Shown in pieces: positions 38,389 to 46,438 of a stretch of DNA of 64,000 bases. The notes beneath the pieces were generated by a model that was not told where the DNA came from, made no database searches, and was given only the letters and a program-made list of their open reading frames with translations. Position numbers and translations under genes: made by a program. Position 1 is the first letter of the stretch; each line of letters begins with the position of its first letter. The DNA is from an uncultured delta proteobacterium (GTDB lineage Bacteria > Myxococcota_A > UBA9160 > JAFDET01), in NCBI GenBank assembly GCA_947259215.1, contig CAMYLJ010000008.1, positions 46,673 to 110,672 on the forward strand, in the 5' to 3' direction.

Positions 38389-39669
38389 ATGTTCGAGATC
38401 GAGACCTTCACACCTCCCAACCTCGGCATGACCGGGCTCGACGGCGACCTGACCGAGGAGGAGCGGGCCACCCAGGAGACCTTTCATCGCTTCGCCGAGG
38501 AGGTCGTACGGCCCATCGGGATCCAGCTCGACAAGATGACCCCGGAGGAGGCCGTCGCTCCCGGCTCCCCCGTGTTCGACTTCATCGCCAAGTTCGAAAC
38601 GCTGGGCTTCGGTCCCGAGGCCCTGGCCCAGACGCCGCCGGAGCAGCTCTCCCGTCTGCTTCCGCTGATCATGGAGGAGCTCTGCTGGGGCGACGTCGGA
38701 CTGGGGCTCTCCACAATGGTGATGAGCTTCCCCGCCTTTGCGGCCTCGCTGACGGGGAAGCCCGAGGTGATGGAGCGTTTCGCCGGCCAGCGGGGCTGCT
38801 GGCTCGGCACCCAGCCCGACCGCGGCAGCGACGTGCTGGACTTCCAGGGGAGCAACCTGCATCCGGGCGGGAAGCAGAACAAGGGCAACCTCGTCGCCCG
38901 CGTGGAGGGAGACGAGGTGATCCTCCACGGACAGAGCTCCGCCTGGGTCTCGACCTCCCCCATCGCCGAGTGTGCGCTCGCCTACGTGCCCTGCGACTAC
39001 GGGAACGGCATCCTCCGCCAGGACGGCATCGCCAATGGGATCGCGCTCCTCGTGCCCTTCGACCTCGAGGGCGTCTCCAAGGGCAAGCCCCTCGACAAAC
39101 TCGGCATGCGGCCCCTCTCCCAGGGCGAGCTCTTCTTCAAGGAGGTGCGGATCCCGCGTGACTACGCCATCGCCGAGGGCGACGCGTACTTCACGAGCTT
39201 CTACGGCGCCCTCACCTTCGCCAACATGGAGATGGGGATCGCGTTCACCGGCCTGGCGCGGGCGGCCTTCGAGCACGCCCTGGCCTACGCCCACGAGCGG
39301 CGCCAGGGGGGAACCGAGATCATCCACCACCAGGCGGTGAAGCTGAAGCTCTTCTCGATGTGGAAGAAGGTCGAACTCTGCCGCGCGATGAGCCGGCGCG
39401 CCGCCCGGTACAACTTCGTGTCCGGAACGCCGCACGTGCTGGCCTCCATCACGTCCAAGACCTCGGTGACCCAGCTCGCCTTCGAGGTGGCCAGCGAGGC
39501 CATCCAGATCTTCGGCGGCAACGGGCTCACCAAGGAGTACCCGGTGGAGAAGCTCCTCCGGGACGCGCGCTCGGCGCTGATCGCCGACGGCGAGAACACG
39601 GTCCTGGACATGGTCGGAGCAGAGTGGCTCTCGCGTTGGTACTGCGAGCAGCACGGCGCCCGGTCCTGA
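38389..39669 (+). CDS. Acyl-CoA dehydrogenase
   Basis: KLGMR, ERRQGG, QIFGGNG, EKLLRDA. Confidence 0.92.
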   Translation: MFEIETFTPPNLGMTGLDGDLTEEERATQETFHRFAEEVVRPIGIQLDKMTPEEAVAPGSPVFDFIAKFETLGFGPEALAQTPPEQLSRLLPLIMEELCWGDVGLGLSTMVMSFPAFAASLTGKPEVMERFAGQRGCWLGTQPDRGSDVLDFQGSNLHPGGKQNKGNLVARVEGDEVILHGQSSAWVSTSPIAECALAYVPCDYGNGILRQDGIANGIALLVPFDLEGVSKGKPLDKLGMRPLSQGELFFKEVRIPRDYAIAEGDAYFTSFYGALTFANMEMGIAFTGLARAAFEHALAYAHERRQGGTEIIHHQAVKLKLFSMWKKVELCRAMSRRAARYNFVSGTPHVLASITSKTSVTQLAFEVASEAIQIFGGNGLTKEYPVEKLLRDARSALIADGENTVLDMVGAEWLSRWYCEQHGARS

Positions 39670-39679
39670 GGAGTCGAAG

Positions 39680-40792
39680 ATGCCCACGAAGCCCGTCGTC
39701 GTCTACGGAGCCAGCGGCTACACCGGCCGCCTGGTGTGCGAGGCCCTGCGCCACTACCAGCTTCCCTTCATCGCCGCCGGCCGCGACAAGGCCCGGCTGG
39801 AGGCGGCCATGAAGCAGGTCCCGGGGATCGAGACCGCCGACTACGAAGTCGTCGCCGTAGACCACGCCGTGGACGCGTTGGCGGACCTCTTCGACGGCGC
39901 AGAAGTCGTCTGCAACACCGTCGGACCCTTCCTCTACTACGGCCTGACCGTGGTGGAGGCCGCGGCGCGCGCGAAAATCCACTATCTGGACAGCACCGGC
40001 GAGATCGATTTCATGTCGCAGGCGCGGGACGCCTTCGACGCTGCTTACGCCGAGGCCGGCAAGGTGCTGGCGCCCTCGTCGGCGTACATGTACACGCCCC
40101 TCGAGATCGCTGCGCGCATCGTCCTGGAGACCGAGGGTATCGACACCCTGGAGGCCATCTGCTCGGCGACAGGGACACCGACCTACGGGTCGACCCAGTC
40201 GATCTTCGCCATGTTCCAGAGCGCGGAGACGGCCTTCTACCTGGAGCAGAACCAGCGCGTCCCCTGGCCCGCGGCGCGCGGCTACGAGGTCTCGGTGCCG
40301 GGCCTGCCGATGACCCAGCTCGCCCATCCCTGGGGCGGTGGCAGCCTGCCGCTCTACTTCGAGCGCGACCCCCGGGTGCGGAGTTGCCGTCAGCTCACGG
40401 GCTTCACCAACCGCACCCTGATGGAGCAGGTGGTCCAGCTCCAGCAGCTGTACGAGAGTGACCTGAAGGCCCTGCCGGAAGACGAGCGCACGGCGAAGCT
40501 CGGCGAGATCGCCGCCGGGATCCAGTCCGGCATGCCGCCGCGGGAGAACCCGCTCGTCCACCGCTGCACCGACCACGTGGTCGGCCGTGGCGGGAACACG
40601 GTGTGCCACTGCACCCTCTACAGCTTCAATCCCTACCAGGTGACGGGGACCGTGCTGGCGGCCGTCGCCCAGTTCCTGATCGGCGGCCACCAGACCGCCT
40701 CGGGCTTCGCCTCCGCCTGCGAGGCGGTGGGATACCGGGAGATCCTGGGCCAGCTCCGCAACTTCGGACTGGTCGAGGTTTCCGTCAGCTAG
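39680..40792 (+). CDS. Saccharopine dehydrogenase-like oxidoreductase
   Basis: YGASGYTG, NTVGPF, YLDSTGE. Confidence 0.85.
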   Translation: MPTKPVVVYGASGYTGRLVCEALRHYQLPFIAAGRDKARLEAAMKQVPGIETADYEVVAVDHAVDALADLFDGAEVVCNTVGPFLYYGLTVVEAAARAKIHYLDSTGEIDFMSQARDAFDAAYAEAGKVLAPSSAYMYTPLEIAARIVLETEGIDTLEAICSATGTPTYGSTQSIFAMFQSAETAFYLEQNQRVPWPAARGYEVSVPGLPMTQLAHPWGGGSLPLYFERDPRVRSCRQLTGFTNRTLMEQVVQLQQLYESDLKALPEDERTAKLGEIAAGIQSGMPPRENPLVHRCTDHVVGRGGNTVCHCTLYSFNPYQVTGTVLAAVAQFLIGGHQTASGFASACEAVGYREILGQLRNFGLVEVSVS

Positions 40793-42342
40793 ACATTCCG
40801 CTCGCGACCTTCCCAGTAGCGGTCGCGGAGGTCCCGCTTCAGGACCTTGCCCGCAGCGCTTCGTGGAAGTTCTTCGACGAAGTCGACCGATTTGGGCGTC
40901 TTGACGCTGCCCAGGCGTTCCTTGCACAGGGCCAACAGCTCTTGCTCGGCGACGCTCTGACCCGGCTTGCACTCGACCACCGCCTTGACCGCCTCTCCCC
41001 ACTGGTCGTCCGGCACGCCGATCACGGCGCAGTCCTGGACCACCGGGTGGGACCAGATCACCTGCTCGATCTCGCTGGGGAAGACGTTGAACCCTCCCGA
41101 GATGATCATGTCCTTCTTGCGATCGGTGATGTGCAGGTAGCCTTCGGGGTCGATCCGCCCGACGTCGCCGGTGTGGAGCCAGCCGTCGATGATGGTCGCA
41201 GCCGTCTGCTCAGGGTCCGCGTAGTAGCCCTTCATGACGAGGTCACCACGGACGCAGATTTCCCCGGTCTCGTCCCGGACCACGGGACGGCCCTCCTCGT
41301 CCAGGATCGCGACCTGGACCAGGGGCATCGGCCGCCCGCAGGAGGAGAGCCGACGATCCTCCGCGGGCCGCCCGTCCACAAGGTGCTCGGCCGGGGACAG
41401 GTACGAGATGGTCGCCGGCGCCTCCGACTGGCCGTAGAACTGGGTCATGACCGGGCCGAAGACCTCGATCGCGCGGCGCAGCTTCTCGGTCGACATCGGT
41501 GCTGCGCCGTAGACGAAGTAGCGAAGGGAGGAGAGGTCGTGGCTCGCGAGGTCCGGCATCTCGAGAAGCCGGTAGATCACCGTGGGCGGCAGGAAGAGCT
41601 CGGTGACATGGTGCTCCTCGATCATCTTGGGCAACAGCGCCGGGTCCGGCCGGGTCATGATCACCAGGCGACCGCCCCGCGCGGCAGTGGCCAGGGACAG
41701 CACGCCCGCCGCGTGGGTCATGGGTGCCGCCGCCAGGTTCACCGGTGCACCGTCGAGGTACGGCGTGCCGAGCATGTACTGCGCTGCAAAGACGAGGAGG
41801 TTCCGGTGGGTCAGCATCACGCCCTTCGGACGGCCGGTGGTCCCGCCGGTCGACTGGATCATGCACACCTGCCCGAGATCGATCGTCAGGCCCGGGTCGT
41901 CCTCGAACGCGCCGGCCAGCCAGGTCTCCAGGCCGGGCGCAAACGCGAGGTCCCGGTCGAGGCAGACCAGCTCGCGCACGTGATCCATCTTTTCCCGCAG
42001 CTCGGCCACGACCTCCGCGAAGGCGCCGTGGAAGAACAGCACCTCGCAGCGAAAGCGGTTGAGCGCGTCCAGGAAGGAGTCGGCGGTGCCGCGGGGATTC
42101 AGGGGTACCCAGGCCATGCCGGCACGCCAGATGCCCAGCGTGGCCAGCCACGCCACCGGATCGTTGGGAGCCAGCACGGCGCCCTGGACCCCCTGCCCCA
42201 GTCCCTTTTCGAGCAGCCGGTTCGCGATGCAACAGGTCCGGAGACGCGCTTCGCGGTAGGTGCAGGAATAGTCATCGGCCTGGAGGTACACGCCGTCCGG
42301 ATGGATCCCGAAGCCCCGATCGAACAGTTCGATCACCGCCAT
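40789..42342 (-). CDS. AMP-binding acyl-CoA ligase
   Basis: STGGTTGRPKG, YGQSE, GWLHTGD. Confidence 0.93.
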   Translation of the reverse strand: MAVIELFDRGFGIHPDGVYLQADDYSCTYREARLRTCCIANRLLEKGLGQGVQGAVLAPNDPVAWLATLGIWRAGMAWVPLNPRGTADSFLDALNRFRCEVLFFHGAFAEVVAELREKMDHVRELVCLDRDLAFAPGLETWLAGAFEDDPGLTIDLGQVCMIQSTGGTTGRPKGVMLTHRNLLVFAAQYMLGTPYLDGAPVNLAAAPMTHAAGVLSLATAARGGRLVIMTRPDPALLPKMIEEHHVTELFLPPTVIYRLLEMPDLASHDLSSLRYFVYGAAPMSTEKLRRAIEVFGPVMTQFYGQSEAPATISYLSPAEHLVDGRPAEDRRLSSCGRPMPLVQVAILDEEGRPVVRDETGEICVRGDLVMKGYYADPEQTAATIIDGWLHTGDVGRIDPEGYLHITDRKKDMIISGGFNVFPSEIEQVIWSHPVVQDCAVIGVPDDQWGEAVKAVVECKPGQSVAEQELLALCKERLGSVKTPKSVDFVEELPRSAAGKVLKRDLRDRYWEGRERNV

Positions 42343-42355
42343 CGTGAGATCCCGC

Positions 42356-43171
42356 TCAGGCTACTCGGGCGCCGCCGTCGATGAGCAGGCCCACCCCGTT
42401 CACGTGCGCGGCGGCATCGGACGCCAGGTAACAGACGGTCGCGGCGACGTCGGCGGGCTCGCCGAACCCCCCGAGGAACTGCGTTTCGAGCAGTTGCTCC
42501 ACGGCCTGGGCGTCTTCGCCGTAGCCCAGCCGCACCATTCCTTCGAGTCCGCGATCCACCATCGGCGTCCGGATGAAGCCGGGGTGGACGCTGTTCACGC
42601 GGATTCCCAGGCCGAGGCGCGCGAACTCCACGGCCCCGGCGCGGGTGATCGACTCCACGGCGCCCTTGCTCGCGCAGTAGCTCGCCAGACCGGCGAAGCC
42701 GATCTTGCTACCCAGAGAGGAGACGTTGACGATCGATCCGCCCTGGCCCGCGGGACCGTCCGGCCCCATGACGCGAGCCGCGTGCTTCATGCCCAGGAAG
42801 ACGCCTTCCACGTTCACCCGCTGGATGCGCTGGAAGTTCTCGAGGGATTCCTCGTGGATCCAGTTCAGCTCTTCGATCCCGGCGTTGTTCACCAGCACGT
42901 CGAGACCGCCCAGGCCCTCGACCGCGCGCTGGACGGTCGCCTGCCACTGGTCCTCATCGGTGACGTCCTGGGCCGCGAACTCGGCGGTGAAGCCGCCTTG
43001 CGCGATGGTCTCGGCGGTCTTCCGGCCCTGCTCTTCGAGCACGTCGGTCAGGAGCACCCGGGCGCCCGCCTGGGCCAGGGCCTCCGCACACGCCGCCCCG
43101 AGGCCCTGGGCCGCCCCCGTGACCAGGGCCACCTTGCCGTCCAGCCGCTGGCGCTTCGCGTAGTCGGTCAT
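42356..43171 (-). CDS. SDR oxidoreductase (hydroxysteroid dehydrogenase-like)
   Basis: TGAAQGLG, NNAG, YCASK. Confidence 0.92.
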   Translation of the reverse strand: MTDYAKRQRLDGKVALVTGAAQGLGAACAEALAQAGARVLLTDVLEEQGRKTAETIAQGGFTAEFAAQDVTDEDQWQATVQRAVEGLGGLDVLVNNAGIEELNWIHEESLENFQRIQRVNVEGVFLGMKHAARVMGPDGPAGQGGSIVNVSSLGSKIGFAGLASYCASKGAVESITRAGAVEFARLGLGIRVNSVHPGFIRTPMVDRGLEGMVRLGYGEDAQAVEQLLETQFLGGFGEPADVAATVCYLASDAAAHVNGVGLLIDGGARVA

Positions 43172-43180
43172 GGTCGTCTC

Positions 43181-44413
43181 CTATCGCCCGAGCAGCGTCA
43201 CGCAGGCGGCGGCTTCCTCGATGCCGAGCAGACCGCCGCCGTTCTCCGCCACCGCGATCCGTGCGCCGGACACCTGCCGCGGACCGGCCTCCTCGCGAAG
43301 CTGCGTGACGAGCTCGTGGACCTGTCCGAGCCCCGTGGCGCCGATGGGATGGCCCTTGCACTCGAGCCCGCCGGAGGGGTTCACCGGGATCCGGCCGCCG
43401 AGGCAGGTGTCGCCGCGAACCGCCAGCTCGCCGCCTTCCCCGAAACCGCAGAAGCCCAGGTTCTCCACCTGGATGATCTCTCCCATCGCACTTGCGTCGT
43501 GCACTTCGGCTACGGAGACGTCCTCGGGGCCGACGCCGGCCGCCTCGTAGGCCTCTCGGGCGGCCAGATGACTGACGTGCTGGTCGAGCGCTTCGGGGTC
43601 GCGGTCCCGGCCGCTGCGCAGGACCGACGCGAGCACGCGAATCTCACGGCCCCGGGGCAGGCGGCTCAGAGCGACCGCCGTACACAGGACCGCCGCGGCC
43701 GCGCCGTCGCTGAGGGGAGCACACATGGGGACGGTGAGCGGACCGACCACGGGGCGCCCCGCCAACACCTCCTCTACGCTGAAGGGCTTCCGATACTGGG
43801 CTCTGGGGTTGTGGACCGAGTGGTTGTGGTTCTTGGCGGCGACCGCTGCGATCTGCTCCCGGGTCGTCCCGAACCGCCGCATGTGGAAGTGCGCGAACGC
43901 TGCGTAGACGTCCATGAAGCGGCTGTAGCCCCCGGACGCCGGCGGGTCGTCGGCAACCTCGTCGCCCGAGAGGCGCCTCAGATCAGCCAGGTTCCCCTCG
44001 ACGTCGTGGACGTCCCAGCCGCCCTCGAAGAGCCCGAACGCCTTCGCCCGATCCTCGCTGACCAGCTTCTCGGCGCCGACGGCGAGGGCCACGTCTCCCT
44101 GGCCTGCCCGCAGCCACGTGCCCGCCAGATGAAGGGCGCTGCTGCCGCTGGCACAGGCGTTCTCGACGTTCACGATCGGGATGCCCCCGAGCTCGAGGGA
44201 GCGCAACGCCACCTGGCCGCGGATCGTGATCTGCCCCTCGTGGTAGCCCTGGCCCGAGTTGGCGAAGAAGGCCGCGCCCAGGTCCGCAGCGGCGAGGCCG
44301 GCGTCCGCCAACGCCTCCTGGACCGCGGCTCGAGTCAGGTCCTTGACGCTCTGTGCGGGAAACCGCCCGAAGGGCGTCATCCCGACGCCGATCACGTAGA
44401 TGCGCTCCGCCAC
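43181..44413 (-). CDS. Thiolase (SCP2-type)
   Basis: ENACASG, EVHDA, GHPIGATG. Confidence 0.9.
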   Translation of the reverse strand: MAERIYVIGVGMTPFGRFPAQSVKDLTRAAVQEALADAGLAAADLGAAFFANSGQGYHEGQITIRGQVALRSLELGGIPIVNVENACASGSSALHLAGTWLRAGQGDVALAVGAEKLVSEDRAKAFGLFEGGWDVHDVEGNLADLRRLSGDEVADDPPASGGYSRFMDVYAAFAHFHMRRFGTTREQIAAVAAKNHNHSVHNPRAQYRKPFSVEEVLAGRPVVGPLTVPMCAPLSDGAAAAVLCTAVALSRLPRGREIRVLASVLRSGRDRDPEALDQHVSHLAAREAYEAAGVGPEDVSVAEVHDASAMGEIIQVENLGFCGFGEGGELAVRGDTCLGGRIPVNPSGGLECKGHPIGATGLGQVHELVTQLREEAGPRQVSGARIAVAENGGGLLGIEEAAACVTLLGR

Positions 44414-44424
44414 CCGTTCCTCCG

Positions 44425-45054
44425 TCAGCCGCGCCGTCGGCGCGCCGGCGGCTGCTTCGCCTCGGCGGCGGGATGGAGCAACCCGTGCAGGAGGAGCTCC
44501 GTCCATTCCCGGAACGCTTCGCCGACCGAGAGGCTCGCCTCCCGGAGAAACGCGGGCTCCTTCAGTCGGCGTGCGACGACCCGCGCGGCCTCGCTGACGA
44601 GGTACGGGTTCACGCGCCGCAGCTGGCCGCGCCGGATGCCGTCTTCGATGATCCGGCGGATGCCCGCGGCCCGGGTCTCCTGGTGCTCCTCCATCATGCG
44701 CCGCGCAGACGGGAAGGAATCGATGTCGCCGAAGAAGGTCGTGCTGGCCTGGACCGTTTCGACGAAGCCGGGGCGCAGGAAGGCCTCGAGTCGGACGGCG
44801 GGATCCTGGAGCTCGCCTGCCGCCTCGTCGCCCAGGCGGCGGATTCGGGCGAGCAGGCGCTCCAGCACGCGGAGGAAGAGGTCCTCCTTGCTCCCGGCGA
44901 GCTCGTAGAAGGATCTCCGGGAGCAGCGCAGGCGAGCGGCCAGCTCACCGACAGTCACCTTCCGGAAGCCCTCCTTCTGGAAGATCTCCTCGAGTGCGTC
45001 CAGGAGCTCCCGCTGTCGCGCCCCTTCGACGTTTTCCGGGTTCCGACCGGCCAT
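44425..45054 (-). CDS. TetR regulator
   Basis: VTVGELAARLRCSRRSFYELAGSKEDL. Confidence 0.88.
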   Translation of the reverse strand: MAGRNPENVEGARQRELLDALEEIFQKEGFRKVTVGELAARLRCSRRSFYELAGSKEDLFLRVLERLLARIRRLGDEAAGELQDPAVRLEAFLRPGFVETVQASTTFFGDIDSFPSARRMMEEHQETRAAGIRRIIEDGIRRGQLRRVNPYLVSEAARVVARRLKEPAFLREASLSVGEAFREWTELLLHGLLHPAAEAKQPPARRRRG

Positions 45055-45061
45055 GAGGGTA

Positions 45062-45089
45062 TGGTACTCTAAGCACTAGTCTGGTACCA
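45062..45089. promoter_or_regulatory. Inverted repeat, putative TetR operator
   Basis: TGGTAC-N16-GTACCA between divergent tetR and DUF1329. Confidence 0.5.
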
Positions 45090-45113
45090 ACCGTTTCTCG
45101 AGCAGGTGGCCCG

Positions 45114-46436
45114 ATGCGCATGCCCGGTCTCCACGCCCTGCCCGCGGTGGCAGCTCTGTTCTTCCTGGCCCCGTCGACGTCCACCCACGCCGAGGTAGAC
45201 GCCAGGCCCGACGGGCCCGCCGCGCTCCGCGAGGGCGAGATCATCGACTTCGCCCGGGTCGAGCGTCTGAAGCCGTATCTGCCACCGGAGCTCTGGGCCC
45301 ACCGCCAGTTCGTCTTCTACGAGGGGATGCGCCTCGAGATCGGTCCGGCGTTTCGCGACTACGCGCCGCCGCCGGTCTTCCACGAGGCCACGGAGACGCA
45401 CCGCGGCCAGGCGCGGATCGGTCCGGACGGCAGCTTGGAGAACTACACCGCCGGCGAGCCCTTCCCCATGGACGAGATCGACTGCCGTAACGATCCCCAG
45501 GCCGGGGAGAAGGTCATCTGGAACTTCGACTATCGCTGGCAGGGATCCGGCCAGACGGCACACGCCTACTACTCCTACTGGGACCGCGGGGAGGAGCTTC
45601 CGCTCTACTACGAGGGCACGGCGCGCTACGTCTGGCTCGCCCACCGTCCCGAGCCCCAGTATGCGAAGAACGGCGGCAACATCTTCCGCAAGGAGCGGCG
45701 CAAGCTCGCCTACGGCGTGAACGTCCTGGCCCCGTTCGACGCCAAGGGCATCGCGATCCTGAACTACCGCTACAAGGCCGCGGATGGACCGCGCGACCAG
45801 GCCAAGAACGACGACACCTGGGTCTACATCCCGACCCTGCGCCGGGTGCGCAGGGTCTCCAGCGCCCAGCGCACGGACGCCGTCTCGGGTACGGACTTCA
45901 CCTTCGACGACTTCTCGGGCTTCTTCGGCATCCCGCCGCAGTACGAGTGGCAGTGCCTCGGCGAGCACGACGTGATCGCCACGGTGAACTCGCGGATCAA
46001 GGCCTATCCCTACACGAAGGACCACAACTTCGGCCCCTACGGGCTCTCCTTCGCCGACGACCGCTGGGAGCTGCGCCATGCCATCAAGATCCGCTTCGTC
46101 CCCAAAAACGACGACCACCCGTACTCGCAGAAGATCCTCTACATCGACAAGAACACCGCCGAGATGCTCTATTCCTTCGCCTACGACCAGAAGGAGGAGC
46201 TCTGGAAGATCATCTACCACAACAAGCGCTGGAGCGAAGACGGCCACGAGTTCTACGAGCCGTGGGAAGGCGTGCCGGAGCCCCGTGACAACATGTCGGT
46301 GGCGGACGTCGTGATCAACGTCCAGACCGGGACGGGCAACCGCATCGAGTTCTGGGACGCCAACGGCACGCCCCTCGGCAGCAGCGGCAAGGTGCGGCGC
46401 TTCATCGACATCGGCCGCCTCACCCGGGGGCGCTGA
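45114..46436 (+). CDS. DUF1329 / outer-membrane lipoprotein-sorting-like periplasmic protein
   Basis: Signal peptide; WVYIPTLRRVRR, YDQKEELWK. Confidence 0.85.
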   Translation: MRMPGLHALPAVAALFFLAPSTSTHAEVDARPDGPAALREGEIIDFARVERLKPYLPPELWAHRQFVFYEGMRLEIGPAFRDYAPPPVFHEATETHRGQARIGPDGSLENYTAGEPFPMDEIDCRNDPQAGEKVIWNFDYRWQGSGQTAHAYYSYWDRGEELPLYYEGTARYVWLAHRPEPQYAKNGGNIFRKERRKLAYGVNVLAPFDAKGIAILNYRYKAADGPRDQAKNDDTWVYIPTLRRVRRVSSAQRTDAVSGTDFTFDDFSGFFGIPPQYEWQCLGEHDVIATVNSRIKAYPYTKDHNFGPYGLSFADDRWELRHAIKIRFVPKNDDHPYSQKILYIDKNTAEMLYSFAYDQKEELWKIIYHNKRWSEDGHEFYEPWEGVPEPRDNMSVADVVINVQTGTGNRIEFWDANGTPLGSSGKVRRFIDIGRLTRGR

Positions 46437-46438
46437 GC